Virus record (IMG/VR): IMGVR_UViG_3300022217_000169
Coordinates: 6,746-70,745 of that record
From: a virus
Lineage: Duplodnaviria > Caudoviricetes
Length of the DNA stretch: 64,000 nucleotides
Strand: one strand, 5' to 3'
Position numbers and translations under genes: made by a program. How positions within the stretch are numbered: position 1 is the first letter of the stretch; every line of letters starts with the position of its first letter. The notes beneath the pieces were generated by a model that ran no database searches, had not been told where the DNA came from, and was given only the letters and a program-made list of their open reading frames with translations. This document shows positions 19,668-31,770 of this stretch, one piece after another.

Positions 19668-20075
19668 TTATATTTTGTATTTTCCAGGAGCAAGTAAAGC
19701 TGTTTTATGTTCGATTTCCTTTTCTACTTTTTTTATTGTAGATGGGTTATTTTTGATTTTTTTCTCAACTTTCTTTTTAGGTTTACTGGATTTATTTTTT
19801 GATATCTTCTTAGTGCTTTTAGTTTTACTTAAAACAGGTTGTTCATCTGTTTTATCAATTTTCATTTCGGTACGGATTCTTTCCAATTCAGAAGCAGGTA
19901 TCCTTCTATGTCCGCCTAATGTACGAGTACATTTAATCTTATTGTTTTTTATCCATTGGATAATTGTTGATGAGGTTACACCTAATAATGAAGCCATTTC
20001 ATGAGTCGTTAAACTTCTAGTTATACCAGTTGTATCTTGATTTCTTAACTCTTCTAGCCTATTATTTCTACTCAA
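19668..20075 (-). CDS. MerR-like/excisionase-family HTH DNA-binding protein with Lys-rich tail
   Basis: LTTHEMASLLGVTSSTIIQWIKNNKIKCTRTLGGHRRI; SD AAAGGTGGTG. Confidence 0.85.
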   Translation of the reverse strand: MSRNNRLEELRNQDTTGITRSLTTHEMASLLGVTSSTIIQWIKNNKIKCTRTLGGHRRIPASELERIRTEMKIDKTDEQPVLSKTKSTKKISKNKSSKPKKKVEKKIKNNPSTIKKVEKEIEHKTALLAPGKYKI

Positions 20076-20197
20076 TGATTGTCACCACCTTTCTAATTTA
20101 TATATTTTGTCCGGCTTAACCATATATAAGATACTATTTTGTAAAATTTAAAAAGGGAATTATTTTTTTAAATTATCACCACCTTTCCAAGTAATTT

Positions 20198-20270
20198 GCC
20201 CAAAGTAGGATAAATTCGGACAATAGAGCAGTAGTTTGTACTGTATGAAACTATTTACCCTACTTTGGGA
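20198..20270 (-). ncRNA. structured leader RNA candidate
   Basis: CCCAAAGTAGGGTAAAT/ATTTATCCTACTTTGGG stem (G-U wobble on minus, A-C mismatch on plus) with inner CAGTA/TACTG hairpin. Confidence 0.5.
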
Positions 20271-20418
20271 TATTATATATCCACCCAATCTAGCTAATAT
20301 TTTATATATCAACCAAAAATTTCAGGGTGGTTATTATATATCTTGATAGTTTAAAAGAAACTAGTTAGGTTAGCGAATTTTATTCGAGCTACCAAGATAA
20401 TATAAATTATAACCTCTC

Positions 20419-20465
20419 AAAAAAGGCTGATAAAAGCGGGGGGGCTTTATTTAAAATCGGCCTTT
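20419..20465 (-). terminator. intrinsic terminator after the 20480-20794 ORF
   Basis: AAAGGCCGAT/ATCAGCCTTT stem followed by T6 on the minus strand. Confidence 0.65.
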
Positions 20466-20479
20466 CCCAGAAATTACAA

Positions 20480-20794
20480 TTACCAATCAAGAAATTTACT
20501 CGTTATTTTCGAGTATACCATATTTTCGAGTATACCATCAATTGCATCTTTAACGTATTCCGCATACATACCGACCATTTTGAGATCCAATTTTTCCGCG
20601 GGGGTAACAGGAGTCCCGGAAGTTGTTCGAGCATCAATAACAGTTTTTATCTTTTTAAATGTAGTGGGAAGAGAACCAATACTCATTTTCCTTTGAGCTT
20701 TTTCAGGTTTTGGTACAGGCTTTAGTATAGACTTTGGTACGGTTGTCTGTTTTTGATCTGACAAAAGAATCACCTCCTTTTTCTTGGAATTCAA
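20480..20794 (-). CDS. hypothetical protein
   Basis: 104-aa ORF; internal SD AAGGAGGTG suggests a slightly later TTG start. Confidence 0.6.
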   Translation of the reverse strand: MNSKKKEVILLSDQKQTTVPKSILKPVPKPEKAQRKMSIGSLPTTFKKIKTVIDARTTSGTPVTPAEKLDLKMVGMYAEYVKDAIDGILENMVYSKITSKFLDW

Positions 20795-20879
20795 AAAGCT
20801 TTTAATAAATCATCTGCTTGCTTCTTTTATTTCTATTATAACCTATATTTTTTATTTATGCAAGGTAATTGCCAAAAAT

Positions 20880-21125
20880 TTATTTATGCCTATCTTCATA
20901 GATTTTATTTATATAATGGTCTATAATATCCCAATTTATACCTATTTCCGCGGAGGAATCATTCTCTATCATTCTTAATACCTATTTTCTTTCCTCCCTA
21001 TTCAATGTAATATCAAGTTCACTTTTTCTACAGATAATGTCCGCCTCTGTCCAATAAATACACACTATTTCATCGTCGGGGAAATGATTCTTTTTTATTG
21101 TCTCTATAAATTTATCTGCTCTCAT
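20880..21125 (-). pseudogene. small phage gene with in-frame TAG
   Basis: MRADKFIET...EERK*VLRMIE...GINWDIIDHYI...; TAG at 20982-20984. Confidence 0.55.
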
Positions 21126-23408
21126 ATTATTTATCCTTTAATTATTAATTCATCTCTCATTTTACAAAATTCATTATCTTTTTCATTAAGGTAATTTATT
21201 AATGAATGTATAGCTTTTAATTTTGCATCTTCATCTAATTCTATATCGTGATGTGGTTTTATATATCCCTCTGACATATCCCATTCTTTATCTTTTAAAT
21301 TTATTGTTGTTTTTTCAAACCGTTTTAATAATTTTTTGAGTTTTTTATCTTTTAAATCATTTATTTCTAAACGTTTTCTTTTCATTATTTTATCTGTCTC
21401 CTTTTATTACATTTACATAAAAATGATCTAGGGGAGATCTTGTGCATACTATCTTGACTGTTTTTATATACATACCTAATACTTCTCCTGTGACGGTTTT
21501 CTTTATTATCCATTCTCCATATACTATAATGACTGCTTTTTTATTTATTCATAATAAAATATTGAAAAAATCCCTATGAACATGAATGCATCCTAAGTTA
21601 CTTTTTTTACCTATTTGTAATCGTGCTCCTTTTTTATTAGTATCGTTTACAAGTAAAGATAATTTATAACAAGGTTCATTATTATATTTATCAGATTTGC
21701 TGCTTAAATAAATATTATTATTATATCTTGCATTTATTCCTCTTAATGCCCTTTCTAATTCATTTATAGAAGCTTTTGTTATTATCATATTGTTTTTTAT
21801 TATTTAATTTTTTTTCTGTTATTTTTAATATTTTTTCTTGATTACTATTCAATTTAATATTGAGTATGTTTTTAATGAAATAGCATATATTTTTTTTGCA
21901 ATGAAAAATTCTTACTTTTGTTTTAGTATCTCCTATTTTAATTATTTTATTCATTTTTTATATTACTCTATAATTTATTTCCTTTAGTTTTTTTATTCCT
22001 AGTGAATAGCCTACACTCTCAATTATTTCTTGTGGTTTATTATACCCTGTTCCCCGCGGTCTATAGCTTTCAAAAAAATCACTCCAATGGTGAGATAATC
22101 CTTTTATTAATATCATTTTGTTTTTATAGAAGATATATAAGTTATATCCTATAGTTCTACCTCGGCTTATATTTTGTTTGGTTAAAAATATTCTATTTCT
22201 TTTTATCGCATTAAGAAATATTTTTTTAGTTAACCATGTATTAGTCATTATAATAATGCGCTCCTTATAGTGTCCTTTAGGCATTATTATTGCTCCTTTT
22301 AAAATAATTATTTGTTTCAAGATAATTAATGAATAAGTGAAATTTATTTAATAATCTTTGGTATTCCTCATAATCAATATTATTTTTTTCTCTTAAACTT
22401 GATATTTCATGTATAAATATAGAAAAAAGATTATGTTTTGATGGATCACATTTTAAAGCAAAACTTATATCATCTGATATCTTATTATAATCTTCTTTTG
22501 TTATTCTTTTATTTATATATTTAAATATCATTTCTTGTGCAACACATAATATTTTATCATTAACCATCATTAGCATTAAATATGATGTTGTTCCTATTAA
22601 CATAACTTTCGGTTCTGAAAGTTCATCATAAAGACAATTGTCAATCCAATAACCTATATATTTACCACAATTACAGTTTTCTATTAATGTTTCAAAGGTT
22701 TTTTTATATTTTTTACCTACTTCAAAATAATCTTTAACTTTCCATTTTTTAAGAAAATATTTTTCATCTTTCATAATAGTCTCCTTAATAAATTATTATG
22801 TCTTTGTGATATTTTAAAAAATCATTCTCCTCTTCACCTATAGCTCTTCTAAATGGATTATTAGAATTAGAAGACATTTTGATATATAAAGATTTTATTG
22901 AATGCATATAGAAAGAAATTATTCCATAATCAACATAAAGCATATTTTGAAATTGATATATAGTCATTATTTTATACTTTGTATGTCTTTTATCCATCCG
23001 TTATATAAACTCCAATGATAACGGCATAGACCTTTCTCTTTTTTAAAACCTGATAAAGACCTATACCCACATTTAAAACATTTTTGGTGTCCAGTATGTT
23101 TTACTGCTCGATTAAACTTAATAATTTTCTTTGTTAATTTCATTTTTTCTCTTTTTTTTATTGCAAAGTCTACTATTTTTTGACTCGTCTAAAATAAATT
23201 TATTCTTTTTTTGATTGAATTTTTTTGCTCTTTTATTCCAGTACGTATAGTAATCATCATTATAATGTCTACTTATATTTTTTTTACGTGTTTTATGCCT
23301 ACCTAAAAAATTAAATATGGTATTACTCATTTCTATTTTCTTTTCTCTGTTGAATGATTTATTAGTTGATCGATAACATTTGTATTAACCTGTTAAAACC
23401 ACATATCT

Positions 23409-23457
23409 AAAAGCATTCATCAACCTAGCCCTTGGCTTTAGTCAGGTTGAATGCTTT
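23409..23457 (-). terminator. terminator-like hairpin with nested stem
   Basis: AAAGCATTCA..CAACCT / AGGTTGAATGCTTT; followed by TTTT on the minus strand. Confidence 0.55.
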
Positions 23458-23775
23458 GTTATCTTCCCGATAATCCTCGCAGTTTTTTTGCTATTTCTCG
23501 CAATTCTTCTGCTTTAATGTTAAAACTATCTTCTTGATATACTACACCCTGTCCTAATATAATCCGTTGCTCATTTTTATATTTCATACCTTGTACTTCA
23601 CAAGAAATTGCTTGTGCTTCAGTTACTAATGCTTCAAATTCTAAAGCTCTTAATTCTTTTTCATCCAAATCAATCTCCTTTTTTTAGGAAGATAACAAAT
23701 TATTAAGGTGTTTTAAATTATAATTTAAATATTAATTTATATTGTTAAATTATCGATCAATTATATATTAATCAA

Positions 23776-24480
23776 TCAAGACGTATATTGAAAATCTTCA
23801 TCATTAAAGTAGTTATCCTCTTCGTTTTCTTCTTGACAACAATCCTCTACATCTTCTATATTAGTAAAAGCGGTTTCACATTTTGAACATTTAAAATTAA
23901 TAGGTATATTATTTAATATAGATTGATCAAATGCAATAGGATCTAACTCTTTTTAAATTCTACTAGCATAAAATTTTTGCCCTTCTATTTCAATAAATCC
24001 ATAAAGTTCGTCTAAATGTTCTTCATAATCTTTTTCATTTGGTTCTATTTCTATAGCATCCATTTTAATTAATCTCCATATATTGTTTTATGTGCAAGTC
24101 TATTTATTTCAGTTTCTTTTAATTCACGATGTTTAAATGTTAATTTTCTTGCTAAATTTCTGAATTCATCTCCTTTCCTATTTGATTCAATAAGAAGTTC
24201 TAAACTTTCTATATCTTCTTTTTGTCCTAATTGCCTTCTTATTTTTAAAGCCTTTATCCATTTACCTTTTTTTTCAAGATTTTTAGCCTTATCTAATAAA
24301 TAAAAACATTTGATATAGCTCCTTTATTGAAAAATATATGGTTTTTTTGCTTTCTTTTTATCAATAACTTTATATATTTCTTCGCTTATAAAGCCTTTTA
24401 AATCTTCATTAATACATTAACACAGATATTTTTTTAAATTCCCTGCATAATAATCATTTTTAGCAGCATAACATTTAAAA
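23776..24480 (-). pseudogene. three consecutive interrupted small genes
   Basis: In-frame TAA at 23953-23955 (SRI*KELDPIAF); extra T just after the ATG at ~24308; in-frame TAA at 24417-24419. Confidence 0.5.
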
Positions 24481-27400
24481 TCAAGCTTTCCTTTCTTTTC
24501 TTATATTTGATATAGCTTGTATACCATATTTTCTAAGCAGTAAATATAATTCATTCCTGTTCATTTTCTTCAATTGTTTTGTTCGATTATTTAACATTTC
24601 ATGTAAAGCTATTACATAAAGAGCTTTTGTTATACCATGGGATTTATTTTCTTTTACGACTGTTTTAAAATCTTCTCCCTCGATAAAATACAAAAATTCT
24701 TTCTTTCCTAACTTCTCTTTAATAGTATACGTGCGGTATAAATGTTTTTTATTTAAGCATTCTTGCTTTGTAATATTGTCTTTTTTAAATAGGTAGGATT
24801 GTAAATTACTCATATTATTATTCTTTCACGGTAAATGGTTCTATATTTTCTTTATCGAAGTATTCTAAGTATTCATTCTTATTACAATAAGGGCATATTT
24901 TACCAATTACTGTAACTTTACCGCACCATCCACATTTCATTTTATTTATTTTTATTCTTGCGTCATTAACAACATACTCCACACAATATGCCATTATTCT
25001 TAAGCCTAACTTACTTACTCCTCTTATTGGCACAGTATTAAATTGGTTATTAAATAAATATTCTGTTTCAACTTCAATTTCCATACCTGCTATAGATTTT
25101 AAAGTATCATACCATTGACCATTGAAATTATCTATAGGTTTATAAGGTCTTAATTCTTTTCTTCTGTATATTTCATGTGCATTATTTTTGATCTTAATTT
25201 TCATTATCTTTTATCCTCATGTAATCTATAAAAGAAATATTTACTACCATATTTTATACGACTTATTAATACTTTTACAATTTCTTTCTCAGTTAATTCC
25301 TGATAATAGCAACAACATTCATCAAATATATAACCGTTATATTGTTGTATATCATAAGCAAATATAATATAGCTATCATGGCTATTAAATTGTTTAATGT
25401 ACTCTTCTTTAGATAATCCCACATAAGAGAAAAATCCATCTTTCATATCGTCTATAGCTTCTCTTACATCATCTTTTGAAATATCGGTAAAGTCAAATAA
25501 AAAATTGTTTTCGTCTTGATTACAGATGATAGTATTTAAATACCTCTCATCTATATCATATTTGATAACCATGCCATAAAAGTATAAACTTTCTTCTATA
25601 CTCGCATCAATTCCACAATACCCTAATTTTTCCAGTAAGCCTATTAAGATATTTTTGTAATCCATTATGTTCTCCTTTATGGTAAAATATAATTTACTTT
25701 CCTATGGTAAAGGTAATTTACACTCTCCCTTACTTAATTTGTCTCTAAAGGTTATTGCTACTGATTTTGTAAAGAAATATTTTGTATGGGTAGCAATTCT
25801 ATTATATACGTCCGTAATTAACTTACCTTTGTCATTTTTATAGAACTTCTTATGCTCTTTTCTAACTTTAATATCGATTGCATAATTGCCATATGAGCTA
25901 TTTTTACAAGCTCTAATTTGACCTATTGAAATAATGTCTTTATGCTTCATGGTTATTCTTCCCTTTAAATATATTAAATGTGTCATAATATATTTTTTCC
26001 GTCTTTGAACGTATATTTTTTACTATCTTTATAAGATTTATTTTATTTGTTATATACATAGAAGTGGAATCAGAGAACCAGTATAATAAATTGTTATTTA
26101 ATGGATTGTAACCCGTTGATAATGATTCTATTTTCTCCTTATATAAAAATACTATATCAAACTGTTTTTTAAGCATACAATGTTTAACGGGCTTATATTT
26201 TTCATTACTCATTACTATATACCCTCTTGATATTCAATATCTGTTGTATGATTTTTAAGTTCATTAAGTCTTAAGAATATATCACTAATATTTACTGTAT
26301 TATTAGGAATAAAAAATTTAGGAAGGTTTAAATAGCATTCAAGTTCTTTTATACCTTCTCGATATGCAGTTATAATCTTTTTTTGTGCTTTTACTTTTTC
26401 ATGTAATTTCATAATAATTATTCCTCTTTTTTTCAATCAATGTGTACCCTTGAACATTATATTTTTCATAAATTCTAGTAACTATAAAAGCTATATCGGG
26501 ATATCCCATATGAATAGTATTTTGAGTAAGCTTATGCTCTTTTTTAATTAAATGATTATTTATTATTAAGTATAATGTTAAAGTGATTAATAATATATGC
26601 ATTTTCTTTACCTCTTTTTAATATGGTGTTTTGTCTAAATAAGCTTGTATAGACACTATGCTATCACTAGCTTCGGTTAATTTGTTTTGAATGTCTATCA
26701 TATCAGAGGTTATTTTTCTTACATAAGGTTCGTTTAATAAGGTTACAGTATATCTTATACTCTCGGCTAATTCATATAGCTCTTTAAGAGCCATTATTTG
26801 CTTTTCTTTCCATTCTTTAACAATAGTAATATTCATAATAAAATACCTCGTTAAATCTGATTTAATATCTTATTAAATCTGCTAATTTGATTGATAAATA
26901 TGAGTGTTCTGACACGGTTAAAAGACCTATCCTTTTTAAAAGGTCTACTATCTTTTTAAGTTCATTACTTATACTAACCCTATCTTCATAAAATATTTTA
27001 CTTACTCCATTATACTTTTTTACCGCTAGTTTAGCTTGAAAGATATAATCTATATTGTTTAAAACTTTTTGATAAAACATGTTAAACCCTCCTATTTATA
27101 TTACTCTCAAAAGCCTATCTTTATAACCTAATCTTTAACCTAATCTTAATACATAATTACAATATGATTTTTTAAAAGCTCTAAATCTTTCATTCTTATA
27201 TATTGCCTACTTAATTCAATGTCTTTTTCAATACATTCGGAACAAGCTTCTATATCATAATTGTTTTCTATATCATTTGTTTTGCAAATAGGACAGAGGG
27301 TAATATTATTGTATGTCTTACCATCTATATTAAATCTCATGATAATATACTCCTTTTTACTTACCATTTACCGATTGATAAAACTTTGTTAAATTTAATG

Positions 27401-28167
27401 GTGATTTGATTAATATCGTCTATTTTTTTCAAGTTCTCTTTGTCACCTAATTGAGTTAAAATACTGTCTATATATTCTCTCCACAATAAAGGATTTTTAA
27501 AATCGTCTTTATATAAAGTAAGTAAAACTTGTTTCATGATAATAAATCCTTATTAAAGTTTGAATAAATTATGGTATAATCTTTTAAATTTCCTTCGTTA
27601 ATAGTAAATAACTTTAGATTTGGATGTATAAATCTTAATTTAAATATTCTTTCTTTCGCATCTTGTATCATAGTTGAAAGCTTATTTCTACCATCTAAGA
27701 TAAAAACTCCGTCACTACCACATAACTCTACTATATGATCTTTTAAATTTCTTGTATAGAATTGTACGTAAAATTTCATAATAATAGCCTCTATATTGTG
27801 TATCGATAATACGCGGTATTGCATACTATTTGATATAACTTAAGGTATTCTTCTAATGTGTTTAAAGCTCCATTATATCTCTTATATTCAAGGAAATTAG
27901 ATGTCCATTTTACATATTTTGCTTCTCTATAATATGTATCTTCTATAGTATGTAAATTGTAAGATTTAAAAAGTTCATTCAACTTATTTATGGTTTTTTT
28001 ACTAAAGTTGTACATAATTAGTACTCCTATATAAGTTGTATCTTTTAAGTGTCTTTTAAGCTTGTTTAAGTCATTACACAGTTTCAATATTTTACGTCTC
28101 TTTGTGTGATAATTTGTATTGTTTTTTGATTATAATTTCCGATTATCATACATTTACTTAAGTTATG

Positions 28168-28185
28168 TTGCAATGTATATGCCAA
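28168..28185 (-). promoter_or_regulatory. sigma54-type -24/-12 promoter
   Basis: TTGGCATATACATTGCAA, exact GG-N10-GC spacing, upstream of the small-gene cluster. Confidence 0.65.
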
Positions 28186-28247
28186 ATAACTAATATTAAT
28201 ATAAATGATTGATTATAAAGAGAGTACATGTAATTAAGAGAATACAA

Positions 28248-28346
28248 CTGTTAGTATCTATTAACAGGGGTATTAAGTCAATGATAAATGATTACAATAA
28301 TATAAGGGTGTTAATAAATAATATCACTGTTAATTAAATATAACAG
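28248..28346. promoter_or_regulatory. paired palindromic operators CTGTTA-N8-TAACAG
   Basis: Perfect copies at 28248-28267 and 28327-28346; imperfect copy at 28308-28327. Confidence 0.7.
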
Positions 28347-28623
28347 TCATAATTCCAAATGATTTTTTTACTGCTATTATATCTATATTCTAATAGTGTT
28401 TACACGAATTGATAGGTATACCGCCATAAAAAACTTTTTTTGACATAATATACGTTAATATATTCCATGCTTTGAAATGGTCCATATTTTCGATATAAAA
28501 GCACATACCTATATGGCATTGATATTGCAGTGATTATAGAGGGTTTTTTTCTGGTATATATATTGCTATATGCAAGGAATGCCATGCTATATACAATTAA
28601 TATGCCTAATAGGGTAGGGTAAT

Positions 28624-28657
28624 AAAAAAGCGGAGTATAATTTAATATACTCCGCTT
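28624..28657 (-). terminator. intrinsic terminator
   Basis: AAGCGGAGTATA/TATACTCCGCTT stem with T-run on the minus strand, after ORF 28679-28876. Confidence 0.8.
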
Positions 28658-28899
28658 ATAATATATATTGTGATATTTTTAATAAATTTCTCCTTCATGA
28701 TACCACTTTTTAAAGTCTTCATACCATTTCTTAATTTTCTTTTTTAGTATACTTACTTTTTTTGAATAAAACAATATCTCTCCACGATAATAAGCATAAT
28801 ACAACTTCTTTTTACTATTATAACAAATAGTAATTTCACTCATTTTAAATTCCCTATATAATGTATAAGTAGTCATAATAAATACTTCATTAAGTTTAA

Positions 28900-29037
28900 T
28901 TAGAAGATGTTAATACTTACGTTCCATGAAGGTGATAAGGTCTCTATCATGTTAGTATAACCTTTGATGTTTTTTACGATACCATTGTAAGTCATAATTA
29001 CTGCTAATGTAATTGATAATGTAATTAAGTAACTCAT
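28900..29037 (-). CDS. 45-aa single-TM peptide
   Basis: MSYLITLSITLAVIMTYNGIVKN...; SD AAGGAG; directly behind a sigma54-type promoter. Confidence 0.55.
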   Translation of the reverse strand: MSYLITLSITLAVIMTYNGIVKNIKGYTNMIETLSPSWNVSINIF

Positions 29038-29078
29038 TTTCTTTCTCCTTTTTAATGTTTGCGTTATACTAATATATA

Positions 29079-29096
29079 TTGCATTCTACATGCCAA
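29079..29096 (-). promoter_or_regulatory. sigma54-type -24/-12 promoter
   Basis: TTGGCATGTAGAATGCAA, GG-N10-GC. Confidence 0.6.
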
Positions 29097-29158
29097 CATA
29101 GGTATAACATAAAATCAATACTTTAGAGGATATAGGTATGTTACATATTCGATACTAA

Positions 29159-29212
29159 TTACAATGATGTAATGACGATTACAATAATGTAATTTTGATT
29201 GCAATAATGTAA
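29159..29212. repeat. three palindromic TTACA-N4-TGTAA sites at 20-bp period
   Basis: 29159-29172, 29179-29192, 29199-29212 (third has TTGCA). Confidence 0.8.
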
Positions 29213-30975
29213 TGATATGTATATGACACAAGGTATAATATAAATATGATGATATGATGTATAAGAGAGTGCTTAAGTTGATTACATATATAATAAGATG
29301 ATATGATTTAAAGAGCAGGTTTAAATAGGATGATATTTAACGTCATACCACTAATAAGGTTTAAATTTTTTTCATGTTAATATCGATAAGATATATATAA
29401 CTAAGTTAGTTTCAAGAAGAGTTAAAAGTTTTCACATTTTTTTACTTTTAATATGCAAGTGCTACTACATGTGAAACGATATTCATAGTGTATTTGAGTG
29501 AGTAGAACTTACGTGCAAAAATGATGTATTTCCGTGTTTTTTTTCCGTACATTATGTTGATTTCGTGCAGATACATATATGCATATTTTGTACTGAGTTG
29601 AAGATCGTTGATATTAGTGCTTCTATGAGTGACACGATTTTCCTTGCGTAAAAGGGTCCCAATCCTCTATATGCGGATGCCGCACCCGGTTGTTAGACTA
29701 CTATACATATCTGGAATAGAACTATTCACAGAATAGAACCATTCATACTATACAAAAAATAATAAAAAAACTACCTAATATATCTAATAAATTTCCAATC
29801 TAGTGAATTTTCAATATAACTACATCATCCGACATAATAATCCCTCGCAAAAAATACAATAAAAAATCACAAAAGACTACCATATATATCTTTCAAAATC
29901 TCGATAAAATCTCGATAAAATCTCAACATGATTGCAAAAAAAATTCTAAAAAAATTAATCATTAAGCGAAAGTTATAATTCATTATAAACTTTTTGTAAT
30001 TCTTCTATTAATATTTTAATATAATTTTTTGTAAGAAATATAATACTAGGTTTTTCTTTGTCTCCTTGACAAATTAATAAATTCTTACCAATAACTTTAT
30101 TATTAGATTTTCTTATTATATGCATTATCTCTAACCATGTTAAATCTAAATCTTCTATATGTATTTTTTCAACTATTTTACTGTCAAAGTTAGACATTTC
30201 TTCTCCTAAAGAATTATAAAAATTTAAAAGTCTATAACAAATCACATATAATGCTTATTATCAAGCCATTGAAGATAACAAGCAGAATAAATTATAAGCT
30301 CAATCAAATAACATAATAAACCATATTTTATTAATAAATTATATTTTAAAAATTGACCTATAATACATATTAAAAGACCTATCATAAAAATCCTCTTAAA
30401 AAATTAAAAAAAATCCTAATGTGTGATTATATCTTCCCTTTTTATAGCTTTATATTTTTTGTATTTAATATAAAACATTGTAGGCCAAAAAAATTCTACT
30501 AAAAATTTTGCAAAAAGCATTAAGATTTTAAACTATCTAATTCATTTTCAATTTTATAACAAAGTTTATTATTCTGATATCCATCTAAATATTCTTCTAC
30601 TTCATTATATATAAATTCTAATAAATCTATAACATCATTAACTTTAACATAGTCTCCTTTTTCCACTACTCCCATATCATTATAAGCCGTACAATATTCA
30701 TATCTTTTCATTTAATTACATAATCTCCTAAAAAATTTTAAAAATTATAAAAAGACATTCTAACATATCTGCAATAATAACATCACATATAAATAATGCT
30801 TTATCTCCTATTTTCATTCTTGTCTCAAAAAAAAATTAAAAAATTTTTAATAGTAATTGATTGAAATAAAGTAAATAAATTGTTAAACAGGAAGCTAATA
30901 TTATTCCAAGAAGAAAAACCAATATAGCAATCAAGTAAAGTTTCATATTTAAAATCCTTTAAATTAAACATTTAT

Positions 30976-31074
30976 AAAAAAGTGTAAGGAAAATTATACA
31001 CTTTTAAAAATAACCCAATCTATATATAAATAAATAGAGATACCTTATAGGTAGTTAGCTCACTAGCGTTCGCT
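30976..31074 (-). ncRNA. promoter-to-terminator small RNA candidate (~100 nt)
   Basis: TTGACA-17-TAAAAT at 31109-31081, several short hairpins, AAAAGTGTA/TACACTTTT stem plus T-run; no ORF with SD inside. Confidence 0.5.
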
Positions 31075-31132
31075 AACGAAATTTTAACACATATTTTAAA
31101 TTCTGTCAAATAAAAAAATAAAAAAAAATTAA

Positions 31133-31516
31133 TTAACTTTTTACTCTTTCATATACAGTGATATTAATTTTAAAATATAATTTTCTACCACAATCACAAG
31201 TACAATTATGGTCACTATAAGTATGTATTATAAAATCCCAATTATCATATTCTTTACCGCAGACACATTTTGTTAATGGTAAACTATCTCCATCGGCCAG
31301 CCCAAATTCAACTTGATCTGTCACATCCTTATCCATACTATTATTTTTACAAACTGGCGGTGTCCATCCTAATTTTATTAAAGCTTCTTTTACAGATTTT
31401 TCTCTAGTATTAATAACCCAATTACCTACTCTTTGTGGCAAGTCATTTTCTTCGGTTAATAATTCTTGTTTAATAATACCATTTTTAAATACTTCTGTAT
31501 CAAGTTTGAATTCCAT
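31133..31516 (-). CDS. Cys-rich hypothetical protein
   Basis: CVCG...CTCDCG. Confidence 0.6.
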   Translation of the reverse strand: MEFKLDTEVFKNGIIKQELLTEENDLPQRVGNWVINTREKSVKEALIKLGWTPPVCKNNSMDKDVTDQVEFGLADGDSLPLTKCVCGKEYDNWDFIIHTYSDHNCTCDCGRKLYFKINITVYERVKS

Positions 31517-31584
31517 TGAGTCTCCTTTAAAGATTATTCAATTTTTTCAAATTGTCTTTTTCCGCTGGCGGTATATCCAAAGAA

Positions 31585-31770
31585 TTAATTTCTAGGGTGG
31601 GCCCATTTACGACCATCAGCACCTTCGTAAATAATTACATGACTATCTGGACACCATTCAAGAACGGCATCACAAATATAATGATTTATACCACCTTTAT
31701 AATGTCTGTATTTAGTTACCTTAAATTTTCTAAACATAGTTTCTTCTAAACTTATTAATATACTATACAA
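31585..31770 (-). CDS. DUF1653-like small protein
   Basis: KYRHYKGG...VIIYEGADGRKW. Confidence 0.6.
   Translation of the reverse strand: MYSILISLEETMFRKFKVTKYRHYKGGINHYICDAVLEWCPDSHVIIYEGADGRKWAHPRN

Larger units (their letters stand above)
21131..28876 (-). other. cluster of ~30 small co-oriented hypothetical genes (host-takeover/pre-early-like region)
   Basis: Dense 60-165 aa ORFs, nearly all with strong AGGAG/GAGGT SD sites; no recognisable domains. Confidence 0.7.

Noticed and set aside
19184-19693. 169-aa minus-strand ORF
   Set aside because: Antisense shadow of the TerS-like gene; no SD or motifs
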